Part shown: positions 10,663 through 19,277 of the stretch, piece after piece
Layout: each line of letters opens with the position of its first letter
Numbering within the stretch: position 1 is the stretch's first letter
From: an uncultured Chloroflexia bacterium
GTDB lineage: Bacteria; Chloroflexota; Anaerolineae; Anaerolineales; Anaerolineaceae
NCBI GenBank assembly: GCA_963699305.1
Contig: OY969431.1
Location: 1,076,911 to 1,140,910 of the forward strand
Direction of reading: 5' to 3'
Length of the DNA stretch: 64,000 nucleotides
Notes under the pieces: model-generated
The model's database searches: none
Seen by the model: only the letters and a program-made list of their open reading frames with translations
What the model was told of the DNA's origin: nothing
Made by a program: the position numbers and the translations under genes

Positions 10663-11552
10663 AAGGAATTATCCTGGCAGGTGGCAAAGGTTCCAGATTA
10701 TATCCATTGACAATAGGGTTGAGTAAGCAATTATTACCGGTATATGACAAACCAATGATTTACTATCCCCTTTCAACCTTAACGCTTGCCGGAATTAAAG
10801 AGATTTTGATCATCAGCAGTCCGGATGTTCTACCTTTGTATAAATCATTATTGCGAGATGGAAGCCAATGGGGGCTTGACTTCCACTATGCTGAACAATT
10901 GGAACCAAGGGGATTGCCGGAAGCTTTTATAATCGGCAAGAGATTTATCGGAGATGGGCCGGTTGCATTGATATTGGGAGATAATATTTTTTATGGTAGT
11001 GGATTGGTAGAAACTCTCCAAAGAATCTCCACACTTTCCTCCGGCGCAACCATTTTTGCGTATCCGGTTAAAGACCCACAACGATTTGGTGTAGTCGAAT
11101 TGGATGCTGAAGGTAAACCTGTTAGTATTGAGGAGAAACCCGAACATCCAAAATCTAATTTTGTCGTTCCAGGTATATATTTTTACGATAATACGGTTGT
11201 TGAAATTGCTTCAAATCTTAAGCCTTCTAAACGCGGTGAATTGGAAATAACCGACATTAACAAACATTACCTAGAATTGAAAAGATTAAACGTGGAAATC
11301 TTTGGCCGTGGTATCGCGTGGCTGGATGCAGGTACACCAGAAGCCTTATTACAGGCAGCAAATTTTGTTCAGGCGGTTGAGGATCGGCAGGGATTAACGA
11401 TCTCTTGCCCTGAAGAAATTGCATATCGCATGGGTTTTATGAAAAGCGATCAATTAGCAGAACAAGCGAAAAACCTGAAAAATACGGGGTATGGAGATTA
11501 TTTAAGAAGATTACTGGATGAACAGTCAATCATCCCACCAGGGACACTATAA
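10659..11552 (+). CDS. rfbA: glucose-1-phosphate thymidylyltransferase
   Basis: [18 protein letters not shown]...[18 protein letters not shown]...LGDNIFYG is the canonical RmlA pattern. The start overlaps the rfbB stop. Confidence 0.95.
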   Translation: MKGIILAGGKGSRLYPLTIGLSKQLLPVYDKPMIYYPLSTLTLAGIKEILIISSPDVLPLYKSLLRDGSQWGLDFHYAEQLEPRGLPEAFIIGKRFIGDGPVALILGDNIFYGSGLVETLQRISTLSSGATIFAYPVKDPQRFGVVELDAEGKPVSIEEKPEHPKSNFVVPGIYFYDNTVVEIASNLKPSKRGELEITDINKHYLELKRLNVEIFGRGIAWLDAGTPEALLQAANFVQAVEDRQGLTISCPEEIAYRMGFMKSDQLAEQAKNLKNTGYGDYLRRLLDEQSIIPPGTL

Positions 11553-11558
11553 CTGAGG

Positions 11559-12503
11559 ATGAAAAGTATGAAACCCTCGATATCTGTGGTAATTCCGGTT
11601 TATAACGGCAGTTCAACTTTGACGGATTTGATCAAACGGTTGGACTTGGAACTGAAAAAGATCAGCCGCAAATTTGAAATCATCCTAATCAATGATGGAA
11701 GTCCGGATCAAAGCTGGAAGTTGATTGAGGAATTATCTGTAAAAAACCACCATGTGCATGGAATAAATTTGATGCGCAATTATGGTCAACATAATGCCAT
11801 ATTTTGTGGATTGATGACTGCTAAGTATGAATTAATCGTCACACTTGATGACGATCTACAACATCCACCCGAAGAAATCACTCATATGCTTGATTGCCTC
11901 AACCTGGGGTATGACGTTGTTTATGGCACACCCTTAAAAGAAACTCATGGACTTTTCCGCGATCTTGCTTCCGTGATGACAAAGTTGATCCTGGCGAATT
12001 TAATGGGTGCAAAAAACGCTCGGTCAGTGGGTCCGTTTCGCATATTTAAGGCAGAAGTGTGCAAAGCATTTTCAAATTACCAGGGGCCATATGTAAATAT
12101 TGATGTCCTTTTAACATGGGGAACAATAAACTTTGGATCCGTTCAAGTTAACCATCTTTCCAGAAATACAGGGAAATCAAATTACAATTTTCGTAAGCTC
12201 ACCAATCACGCAATGAACCTTATCACAGGTTTTTCCACTCTCCCGCTGCAAATGGCAAGCTTGACTGGTTTTGGTTTTACAATCATTGGTTTTATCATCT
12301 TGATATATGTATTGTTGCGGTATGTTCTTTCCGGTGTCATAGTTCCCGGGTTTACTTTCCTCGCTTCAATCGTTGTAATTTTTTCTGGAGCCACTCTTTT
12401 TGCTTTAGGAATTATTGGTGAATATCTTGCACGCATGTATTTCAGGTTGATGGATAAACCAAAATATGTTATTCGTAATTACACAAATTTTCCAAAAAAA
12501 TAA
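11559..12503 (+). CDS. GT2 polyprenyl-phosphate sugar transferase (ArnC/GtrB-like), paralog 1
   Basis: SVVIPVYNG...INDGSPDQSW...LMRNYGQHNA...LDDDLQHPPEEI, followed by two C-terminal TM helices. This is the ArnC/GtrB/DPM1-like architecture. Confidence 0.8.
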   Translation: MKSMKPSISVVIPVYNGSSTLTDLIKRLDLELKKISRKFEIILINDGSPDQSWKLIEELSVKNHHVHGINLMRNYGQHNAIFCGLMTAKYELIVTLDDDLQHPPEEITHMLDCLNLGYDVVYGTPLKETHGLFRDLASVMTKLILANLMGAKNARSVGPFRIFKAEVCKAFSNYQGPYVNIDVLLTWGTINFGSVQVNHLSRNTGKSNYNFRKLTNHAMNLITGFSTLPLQMASLTGFGFTIIGFIILIYVLLRYVLSGVIVPGFTFLASIVVIFSGATLFALGIIGEYLARMYFRLMDKPKYVIRNYTNFPKK

Positions 12504-12575
12504 ATTCGCCAAAATTTCAATCTTTGAATTGCTTTGATGAAAAACAAACTTGATAATTCAAACAGGAACTCAAAA

Positions 12576-12939
12576 ATGATTGCTTACTTGCTAATCGGTC
12601 TGACAATATTATTCACTGTTTGTGGTCAGCTGCTTGTAAAAGCAGGAATGATTAAAAGTGGGTCCATTTGCCGGAGAAATTAATATGCTTCCTTCGTATA
12701 TATTTAGGTCTTTGACGAACCTCAAAGTATTTGCAGGTCTTCTCCTCGCTGTCTTTGCTGCTCTCACTTGGATGGGGGCAATTTCCAAGTTGAAGATAAG
12801 TTTTGCTTATCCTTTTATGTCTTTGGCAATTGTTCTAGTCTTAGCACTTTCCGGGATATTATTTGGCGAGAAAGTACCTATAAGTCGATGGATCGGTGTG
12901 GCAATCGTTTGCGTAGGATTAATTGTGTCTACGTTGTAA
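12576..12939 (+). CDS. small 4-TM EamA/SMR-like membrane protein (ArnE/ArnF-like candidate flippase subunit), split by a 1-nt insertion in the A-run at 12654-12657
   Basis: MIAYLLIGLTILFTVCGQLLVKAGMIK is in one frame. The next frame continues VGPFAGE...VFAGLLLAVFAALTWMGAISKLKISFAYPFMSLAIVLVLALSGILFGEKVPISRWIGVAIVCVGLIV. Confidence 0.6.
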
Positions 12940-12955
12940 ATAATGAGGAGCCATC

Positions 12956-13753
12956 ATGAAAAGTAATTATTCTTTGGATGAAATTCGAAATTTTTGGACA
13001 CAACAAGCAAAGGAGCATGGTACTGCTCCCGCTGCTTCCTGGTCGGATGTCTATGCAATCCATCTTGAGATAGATACAATTTTGAAATATTTAAACGACG
13101 GAGAAAATGTTATTGATGTTGGATGCGCAAATGGTTATTCGACGGTTCAATTTGCTAGTCAAAAAAAGATTGAAATTAAAGGTGTTGATTACATCCCAGA
13201 AATGATCGACCAGGCAAAATTACGTCTATCCGAAATTAGTCCAAATTTGTTGGGCTCTGTGAAATTCGATGTAGATGATATTATGAAATTAAAGGAACCC
13301 GATGATACATACGATAAGGTGATTGTGATTCGAGTTGTAATCAATTTAGAGTCCTGGGAAAACCAACTTTCTGGTTTGAAAGAATGTGTTCGGATACTTA
13401 GACCGGGCGGTCAATTGTTATTGTCGGAAGCAACTCTTCAAGGATGGAAAAAATTGAATCAATTCCGCTTAGAATGGGGTTTATCGGAGATCCCCATGCC
13501 ATCATTTAATAATTACTTGGATCAGGAAAAAGTAATCGATTCGCTCTCAAGATCGTGCAAATGTTTAGGCGTAAATAATTTTTCAAGCGCATATTTTGTC
13601 GGCACCAGGATCTTAAAGCCATTGATTAGTGAATCGATGCAAAACAAAATCAATGTTGCGCAACCCGATATGGAATGGAATCGGTTTTGGTCGATGGCTC
13701 CAGCTTGGGGAGATTATGGAACACAAAAACTCTTTGTCTTTGAAAAAAAATAA
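12956..13753 (+). CDS. class I SAM-dependent methyltransferase
   Basis: Motif I VIDVGCANGYST and post-I/II motifs (VDYIPEMI, DKVIVIRVVINL, LRPGGQLLL). Confidence 0.8.
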   Translation: MKSNYSLDEIRNFWTQQAKEHGTAPAASWSDVYAIHLEIDTILKYLNDGENVIDVGCANGYSTVQFASQKKIEIKGVDYIPEMIDQAKLRLSEISPNLLGSVKFDVDDIMKLKEPDDTYDKVIVIRVVINLESWENQLSGLKECVRILRPGGQLLLSEATLQGWKKLNQFRLEWGLSEIPMPSFNNYLDQEKVIDSLSRSCKCLGVNNFSSAYFVGTRILKPLISESMQNKINVAQPDMEWNRFWSMAPAWGDYGTQKLFVFEKK

Positions 13754-13778
13754 GTCCGTGAAACTAAATGGGAAAAAC

Positions 13779-14711
13779 ATGGCAAATGGATATGCATGTT
13801 CTATAGTCATCCCCGTATATAAGGGAGTCGAGACATTACCCGTATTGTTAGAAAGACTTGCTATCGAATTACCAAAAACTTGCGATAAATTTGAAGTGAT
13901 CCTGGTTGATGACGGGAGTCCTGATAATAGCTGGGAGATCATATCCACATTCTCAAAAAAGTATTCCTGGATTCGTGGCATTAAACTGATGCGTAATTAC
14001 GGACAGCAAAACGCAACTTTATGTGGTGTTCGCAATGCACTGTATCCTATTACAGTCACTATGGATGATGACTTGCAGCATCCTCCGGAAGAGATTCATA
14101 AACTATTGGGGAAATTCGCTGAAGGTTTTGATGTAGTGTATGGCGCTCCCCAACAGCTTCCAAATGACATCATTCGCAATATGATCACACGCTTGACAAA
14201 GAAACTATTATCGTATGTCATGGGTGTCCCTTCGATGAAACACATTTCTGCTTTCTGTGCGTTTCGGACTGAGCTTCGTAATGCATTTGCCAATTTTCAA
14301 AGTCCCGATTTTACTCTGGATGTCCTTCTTTCATGGGGCACTTCAAAGTTCACTTATGTATTTGTTAATCTTAATAAGGCAAAAAAATCAAATTATGGAT
14401 TTTTCAAACTTGCTGCCCAGGCATTGCTCATTCTCACGGGGTTCAGCACAGCTCCATTACGTTTTGCAACCATCACAGGATTCCTGATGACAATTGTCGG
14501 ATTAGCGGTGTTGGTTTATGTGACGATTATTTTCTTTTCAGAAGGAAGTGTCCCCGGTTTTCCATTTTTAGCCTCCATCATCGCATTGTTTAGTGGGACA
14601 CAACTTTTTTCGCTGGGGATTTTTGGAGAATACTTGGGAACAATTTTTAAACGCAGCATGGATAAACCTCCCTACATTGTTGAACAAACCATTGAACGGA
14701 AATCACAATAA
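13779..14711 (+). CDS. GT2 polyprenyl-phosphate sugar transferase (ArnC/GtrB-like), paralog 2
   Basis: SIVIPVYKG...VDDGSPDNSW...LMRNYGQQNA...MDDDLQHPPEEI, followed by two C-terminal TM helices. I chose the ATG at 13779 because the longer ORF from 13629 overlaps the methyltransferase. Confidence 0.8.
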   Translation: MANGYACSIVIPVYKGVETLPVLLERLAIELPKTCDKFEVILVDDGSPDNSWEIISTFSKKYSWIRGIKLMRNYGQQNATLCGVRNALYPITVTMDDDLQHPPEEIHKLLGKFAEGFDVVYGAPQQLPNDIIRNMITRLTKKLLSYVMGVPSMKHISAFCAFRTELRNAFANFQSPDFTLDVLLSWGTSKFTYVFVNLNKAKKSNYGFFKLAAQALLILTGFSTAPLRFATITGFLMTIVGLAVLVYVTIIFFSEGSVPGFPFLASIIALFSGTQLFSLGIFGEYLGTIFKRSMDKPPYIVEQTIERKSQ

Positions 14712-14714
14712 CTA

Positions 14715-15413
14715 ATGAACGTCACTGTTTTGCAACCTTCCTATATTCCCTGGCGGGGTTATTTTCATCAAATCTTGAAATCAGATCTCTTTATTTTTTA
14801 TGACGATGTTCAATACGATAAGCATGGTTGGCGTAATCGAAACCGGATTAAAACCGTCAACGGCACTCAATGGATGACAATTCCGGTACTCACTGCAGGG
14901 GTTATTGAAAACTCCACTCCTATCAACCAGATCAAGATCGACTGGCATCGCAATTGGAATGAAAAGCATTGGCAGATGTTGAAGCAAACTTATGGAAAGA
15001 CTCCATACTTTTCTTTGTATGAGAGCTGGCTTTCTGCTTTCTATTCAAGTCATCCGACTCTTCTTGCAGATTTCACCATCGATTTGACCATTGCAATTTG
15101 TAAAGCGTTAAATTTCAACAACACCAAATTCATCCGATCTTCTGAGTTGCAAAATATTTCTGGTGTGAAGAATGAACGTCTGATCAACATCCTAAAAAGT
15201 ATCGGGGCAACCCATTATATTTCCGGTCCATCTGCACAGGACTACATCGAGGATGCAATGTTCAAAGATGCTGGAATCGAATTGGAATATATGAATTATG
15301 ATTATCCGACTTATCCGCAAAGATTCCCGCCTTTCGATCCTAATGTTTCCATTCTCGATCTGATGTTTATGATCGGGCCTGATACACTAAAATATATCGA
15401 AAACAATCAATAA
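14715..15413 (+). CDS. WbqC-like family protein (function unknown, associated with polysaccharide clusters)
   Basis: The N-terminus LQPSYIPWRGYFHQILKSDLFIFYDDVQYDKHGWRNRNRIKT matches my memory of the WbqC-like family signature. Confidence 0.6.
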   Translation: MNVTVLQPSYIPWRGYFHQILKSDLFIFYDDVQYDKHGWRNRNRIKTVNGTQWMTIPVLTAGVIENSTPINQIKIDWHRNWNEKHWQMLKQTYGKTPYFSLYESWLSAFYSSHPTLLADFTIDLTIAICKALNFNNTKFIRSSELQNISGVKNERLINILKSIGATHYISGPSAQDYIEDAMFKDAGIELEYMNYDYPTYPQRFPPFDPNVSILDLMFMIGPDTLKYIENNQ

Positions 15414-15416
15414 TCA

Positions 15417-16373
15417 ATGTTCATCCTCGAACAAAGAGCATCGACCATAATTTATAACTTTTTACTTAGCAATCCCAGCCAGAAAGTTTATTTGCTGCCT
15501 GCTAATATTTGTCCAATCGTCCCAGCAATTTTTCTAAAAGCGCAGCAGAATTTCGAATTCGTCGACATCTCGCCAACTACTTTTGGAATGGATGAAGAAG
15601 CAACCTTGAAACGATTAAAGCTCGATCCTTCAAAGTATGCTGGAGTCTTGTACGTTCATTCATATGGTGATGAATCTATTCCGCAATCCTTTTTTCAAAC
15701 GTTGAAGCATTTCCATCCGGAACTTAACATAATCGATGATCGTTGTCTTTGTTTTCCAACCTTGATTGATCCGGATCTAACTTACATAGATCTGGCAATT
15801 TATTCGACTGGATATGCAAAACCTGTGGACGTCGGTTTCGGTGGATATGGATGGCTCAAGGAAATTCATCAGTACCGATCGTCATTGTTGCCTTATTCAA
15901 ATGCTTCTCGAAATAAGATCGAACAGGAATTAAAAACTGCGCTCTCTCAAGAAGTCCGATTTCATTACCGGATAGATGATTGGTTAAATGGATCACCTAT
16001 CGAATATTCTGTTCATCAATATACTTCAATGATTCAAGCAGAATTAATAAGAATTCAAAATCAAAAGAATCAGATCAACAAGATCTATTCATCTGGTTTA
16101 CCCATTGAGATTCAATATCCAAAAGAATTCCAGAATTGGCGATTTAATATTAAGGTTGCTCATAAAGAGAAAATAATAAAGCGACTATTCGATGCAGGGT
16201 TGTTTGCAAGTTCACTTTATCATTCCCTCGGTGGTATCATGGGAAGAGGAGATTTCCCAAAAGCCAAGCAGCTGCATCAGAATATAATTAACCTTTTTAA
16301 CGATCGGTACTATACAGAAGAACAAGCATACCAAACCGTCAATATCATTAACTCACTCGTAAAGCGTGCATGA
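15417..16373 (+). CDS. hypothetical protein; the N-terminal half faintly resembles the DegT/aminotransferase fold
   Basis: A 318-aa ORF tightly packed between the WbqC-like gene and wecE. YLLPANICPIVPAIFLKAQQNFEFVDISPTTFGMDEE resembles the substrate-domain pattern of sugar aminotransferases. I could not recognise a PLP-lysine motif. Confidence 0.35.
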   Translation: MFILEQRASTIIYNFLLSNPSQKVYLLPANICPIVPAIFLKAQQNFEFVDISPTTFGMDEEATLKRLKLDPSKYAGVLYVHSYGDESIPQSFFQTLKHFHPELNIIDDRCLCFPTLIDPDLTYIDLAIYSTGYAKPVDVGFGGYGWLKEIHQYRSSLLPYSNASRNKIEQELKTALSQEVRFHYRIDDWLNGSPIEYSVHQYTSMIQAELIRIQNQKNQINKIYSSGLPIEIQYPKEFQNWRFNIKVAHKEKIIKRLFDAGLFASSLYHSLGGIMGRGDFPKAKQLHQNIINLFNDRYYTEEQAYQTVNIINSLVKRA

Positions 16374-16385
16374 AATGGATTCCAT

Positions 16386-17516
16386 ATGACAATTGATTTC
16401 AACCGTCCTTGCCAAATTGGTAATGAAATGCAATATATCGAGCAGGCAATTTCCAGCGGGCATATTTCAGGCGATGGTGTTTTTACAAAAAATTGTCATG
16501 CGCTATTGGAAAAAGAGCTGGGAATTCCCAAAGTATTACTGACAACCAGCTGTACTCATGCATTGGAAATGACTGCCATCCTTTTGGATATCACACCAGG
16601 GGATGAAGTAATTGTGCCTTCATTTACTTTTGTTTCCACAGTCAATGCTTTCGTTTTGAGAGGTGCCAAGCCGATCTTCATCGATTGCAGGGAAGATACA
16701 TTAAACCTTGATGAGAGTAAGTTGGACTCTTTGGTCACACCTTTGACGAAGGCAATCGTGCCAGTCCATTACGCAGGAGTTGGATGCGAAATGGATCGGA
16801 TAGTAGATATTGCCCAATCTCACAACATTCCCGTCGTGGAAGATAATGCGCATGGTTTATTTGGGAAATATAAAGGAAAATTTCTTGGGACCTTTGGCAC
16901 CTTCGCTGCTCAGAGTTTCCACGAGACAAAAAACTTTACCTCTGGTGAAGGTGGAGCGCTTCTGATCAACGATGGAAAATACATTGATGATGCTGAAATC
17001 ATTCGCGAAAAAGGGACCGACCGCAGTCGTTTTTTCCGCGGTCAGGTGGATAAGTATGGGTGGGTCAAATGTGGTTCAAGTTATTTGCCTTCGGATATTC
17101 TCGCAGCATTTTTATATGCTCAATTGGAACAATGGCAATTGGTTCAGAAGAAAAGACAACAGATTTGGGAATTCTATTTTCAGAATCTATCGAAGTGGGC
17201 AGCAGAAAACAATGTCCGATTACCAGTGATACCTGATCACTGTGAGCAATCGTTTCATATGTTTTATCTATTGCTTCCGAACTTGGAAACGAGGACTCGT
17301 TTTATTGCATATTTAAAATTGAAAGAGGTGCAATCCGTCTTCCATTACTTACCTCTCCATCTGTCTCTCATGGGTAGAAGTTATGGAGGAAAACAAGGTG
17401 ATTGCCCGGTTACAGAAAGAATCAGTGATCAACTGACTCGACTCCCTATGCATTTTGACCTGACAAACAGTCAATTAGAACAAATCGTAGATACGGTTAC
17501 ATCTTTTAAAGTATAA
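16386..17516 (+). CDS. wecE: dTDP-4-keto-6-deoxy-D-glucose 4-aminotransferase (WecE/RffA-like, DegT family)
   Basis: It is collinear with E. coli WecE as I remember it: LLTTSCTHALEMTAILLDITPGDEVIVPSFTFVSTVNAFVLRGAKPIFID, VPVHYAGVGCEMD, SFHETKNFTSGEGGALLIND, IREKGTDRSRFFRGQVDKYGW. Confidence 0.85.
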   Translation: MTIDFNRPCQIGNEMQYIEQAISSGHISGDGVFTKNCHALLEKELGIPKVLLTTSCTHALEMTAILLDITPGDEVIVPSFTFVSTVNAFVLRGAKPIFIDCREDTLNLDESKLDSLVTPLTKAIVPVHYAGVGCEMDRIVDIAQSHNIPVVEDNAHGLFGKYKGKFLGTFGTFAAQSFHETKNFTSGEGGALLINDGKYIDDAEIIREKGTDRSRFFRGQVDKYGWVKCGSSYLPSDILAAFLYAQLEQWQLVQKKRQQIWEFYFQNLSKWAAENNVRLPVIPDHCEQSFHMFYLLLPNLETRTRFIAYLKLKEVQSVFHYLPLHLSLMGRSYGGKQGDCPVTERISDQLTRLPMHFDLTNSQLEQIVDTVTSFKV

Positions 17517-17566
17517 AAACTTTTTACATAGTGATTTTTTCTGATAATGGGTGTTAAAATACAATC

Positions 17567-17980
17567 ATGCAAAAAGAGATGTTTAAAAAAGTCAGCCCGT
17601 TTTGGACTATCTGGATGCCCCTTTTGAGTGGGATTCTCATTCTGGGAATATTGTTCGTTTTCTTATTCTTTTCTTCTGCAAAAGGTTTTTCAGCGGTTTC
17701 AAATTTATCATCTATTTCAATAATCATCATTGCTTTCCCTGTCATTCTTCTTGGCGTCGTTGGCTTCATATTTATTATCTTCATTATTAAGTGCCTTTCC
17801 CATTTATCAATAAGAATGCCGGTTTGGTTGTTGAATATTTCATCCACTTCGAATAAATGGTTGAAACGGGTGGACACTCTCAGCAATTTTTCATCCCGTC
17901 CATTTATTTTCATGAATTTGATGATTTCTCAATTTCGATCTCTGATTGATAAAATTAAAATAATTTCCCAAGCGAAATAA
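17567..17980 (+). CDS. hypothetical membrane protein
   Basis: A 137-aa protein with two or three clear hydrophobic helices. I preferred it over the overlapping antisense ORF at 17554-17913. Confidence 0.4.
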   Translation: MQKEMFKKVSPFWTIWMPLLSGILILGILFVFLFFSSAKGFSAVSNLSSISIIIIAFPVILLGVVGFIFIIFIIKCLSHLSIRMPVWLLNISSTSNKWLKRVDTLSNFSSRPFIFMNLMISQFRSLIDKIKIISQAK

Positions 17981-17999
17981 TCAAGAGGATGGTGATGCC

Positions 18000-18200
18000 A
18001 TGGAAAAATGGAAGGTCCAATCAATCATATTAGGAGGAGTTGTAGGTGCTTTATTAGGTACAGCAGCAGCGTTCATATTTGTTAAAAGTGCTGAGAAGCT
18101 TGACCAAAAACCCAAACTATCACCAGGTCAGGGTGTAAAAGTTGGGATGAGTTTATTGGGAATACTACGGATGTTTTCTGACCTTGGAAAAGGTGGTTGA
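18000..18200 (+). CDS. small membrane protein (YtxH/Gly-zipper-like)
   Basis: A 66-aa protein with one TM helix (IILGGVVGALLGTAAAFIF), followed by a strong terminator. Confidence 0.4.
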   Translation: MEKWKVQSIILGGVVGALLGTAAAFIFVKSAEKLDQKPKLSPGQGVKVGMSLLGILRMFSDLGKGG

Positions 18201-18218
18201 TTGTGTATAAATTCTTAA

Positions 18219-18247
18219 ATGCCGCATACCTATGCGGCATTTTTATT
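18219..18247 (+). terminator. intrinsic terminator
   Basis: ATGCCGCATA-cc-TATGCGGCAT followed by TTTTATT. Confidence 0.75.
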
Positions 18248-18257
18248 ACCTGAAATA

Positions 18258-19274
18258 ATGAATATTTCCGCTGGCAATCCACTTCTCGATTACATTATTT
18301 CCGGTTCCCTCAACACTGAATATATAATTCCCATCTCGGGAAATCCTGCAATTGATTTCATTGGTGGAAATTTGTCTTATTGCTTCGCAGGACTGTCTTT
18401 GTGGAATACCAGTATTGGTTTGATCAGTAAAGTGAGTCAAGATTTTCCTTTGGACCGTTTAAAGGTTTTTAAAGATCATCATTGTGACCTTAAAGGTATT
18501 GTTGTATCTCGCGAAAAGTTTGATCATCGCAATTTCATTTCCTATCAAAGTGCTACGTCAGTGGATGTTGATCATCCCATGGCTCATTTTGCTCGTGTGA
18601 ACTATGAATTTCCAAAAAGCCTACTTGGGTATCAATCTTTCAACAATTATTTTATAAAAGGTAATCCATATTTCATACGCGCCACTGAAATTCCAGTCGC
18701 TTATCTGGATGTCAGCGCGGCGCATTTATGTCCTGCTGATATTCGGACTCACTCCTCGATTTGTTCGGCATTACGAAAAGGGCTTATTCGCACCCTGACG
18801 TTGGATCCTTCCGAGCAATATATGCACCCAAACTTCTGGCCGGAGTTCCGTCCTCTATTACAAGATGTGACTGCTTTACTAGTCTCAGAAAAAAAACTTC
18901 GCAATCTTTTTAATAACAACCGTATGGAATTATGGGAAATGGCTGAAGCCCTCTGTAATATGGGTGTTCAGATTGTTGTGATCAAATGTGCTTCAAAAGG
19001 ACAATTTCTTTATGATAATTATAATAAAAAACGATTTCATATTCCAGCTTATCCGGTAAAAATTGAAAGTCTTGCAGGCGTAGGAGATGCTTTTTGCGGT
19101 GGATTCCTTTATGGATATAAGGAATCATTCGATCCATTATTAGCTACATTGTATGGGAATATTTCTGCTTCAATAGCGATCGAGGTAAGTAATCCTTGGT
19201 TAATGCTTGAGCCGCTTCCAGGGTTGTTGAATGCAAGATTTTCTCAATTGCGAAAGAATGTCCGTAAACTTTAA
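18258..19274 (+). CDS. PfkB-family carbohydrate/sugar-phosphate kinase
   Basis: The C-terminal signature is AGVGDAFCGGFLYG. I moved the start to the ATG at 18258 because the longer ORF would include the terminator hairpin. Confidence 0.75.
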   Translation: MNISAGNPLLDYIISGSLNTEYIIPISGNPAIDFIGGNLSYCFAGLSLWNTSIGLISKVSQDFPLDRLKVFKDHHCDLKGIVVSREKFDHRNFISYQSATSVDVDHPMAHFARVNYEFPKSLLGYQSFNNYFIKGNPYFIRATEIPVAYLDVSAAHLCPADIRTHSSICSALRKGLIRTLTLDPSEQYMHPNFWPEFRPLLQDVTALLVSEKKLRNLFNNNRMELWEMAEALCNMGVQIVVIKCASKGQFLYDNYNKKRFHIPAYPVKIESLAGVGDAFCGGFLYGYKESFDPLLATLYGNISASIAIEVSNPWLMLEPLPGLLNARFSQLRKNVRKL

Positions 19275-19277
19275 TTC

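Noticed and set aside
13629-13778. The longer start (13629 or 13716) for the second GT2 gene.
   Set aside because: It would overlap the methyltransferase by up to 125 nt. The conserved GT2 N-terminus (SIVIPVYKG) begins right after the ATG at 13779.
17554-17913. The minus-strand 119-aa ORF opposite the 17567-17980 membrane protein.
   Set aside because: The plus-strand ORF fits the surrounding co-directional operon and has clean TM helices. The minus-strand product has no features. Neither ORF is strongly supported.
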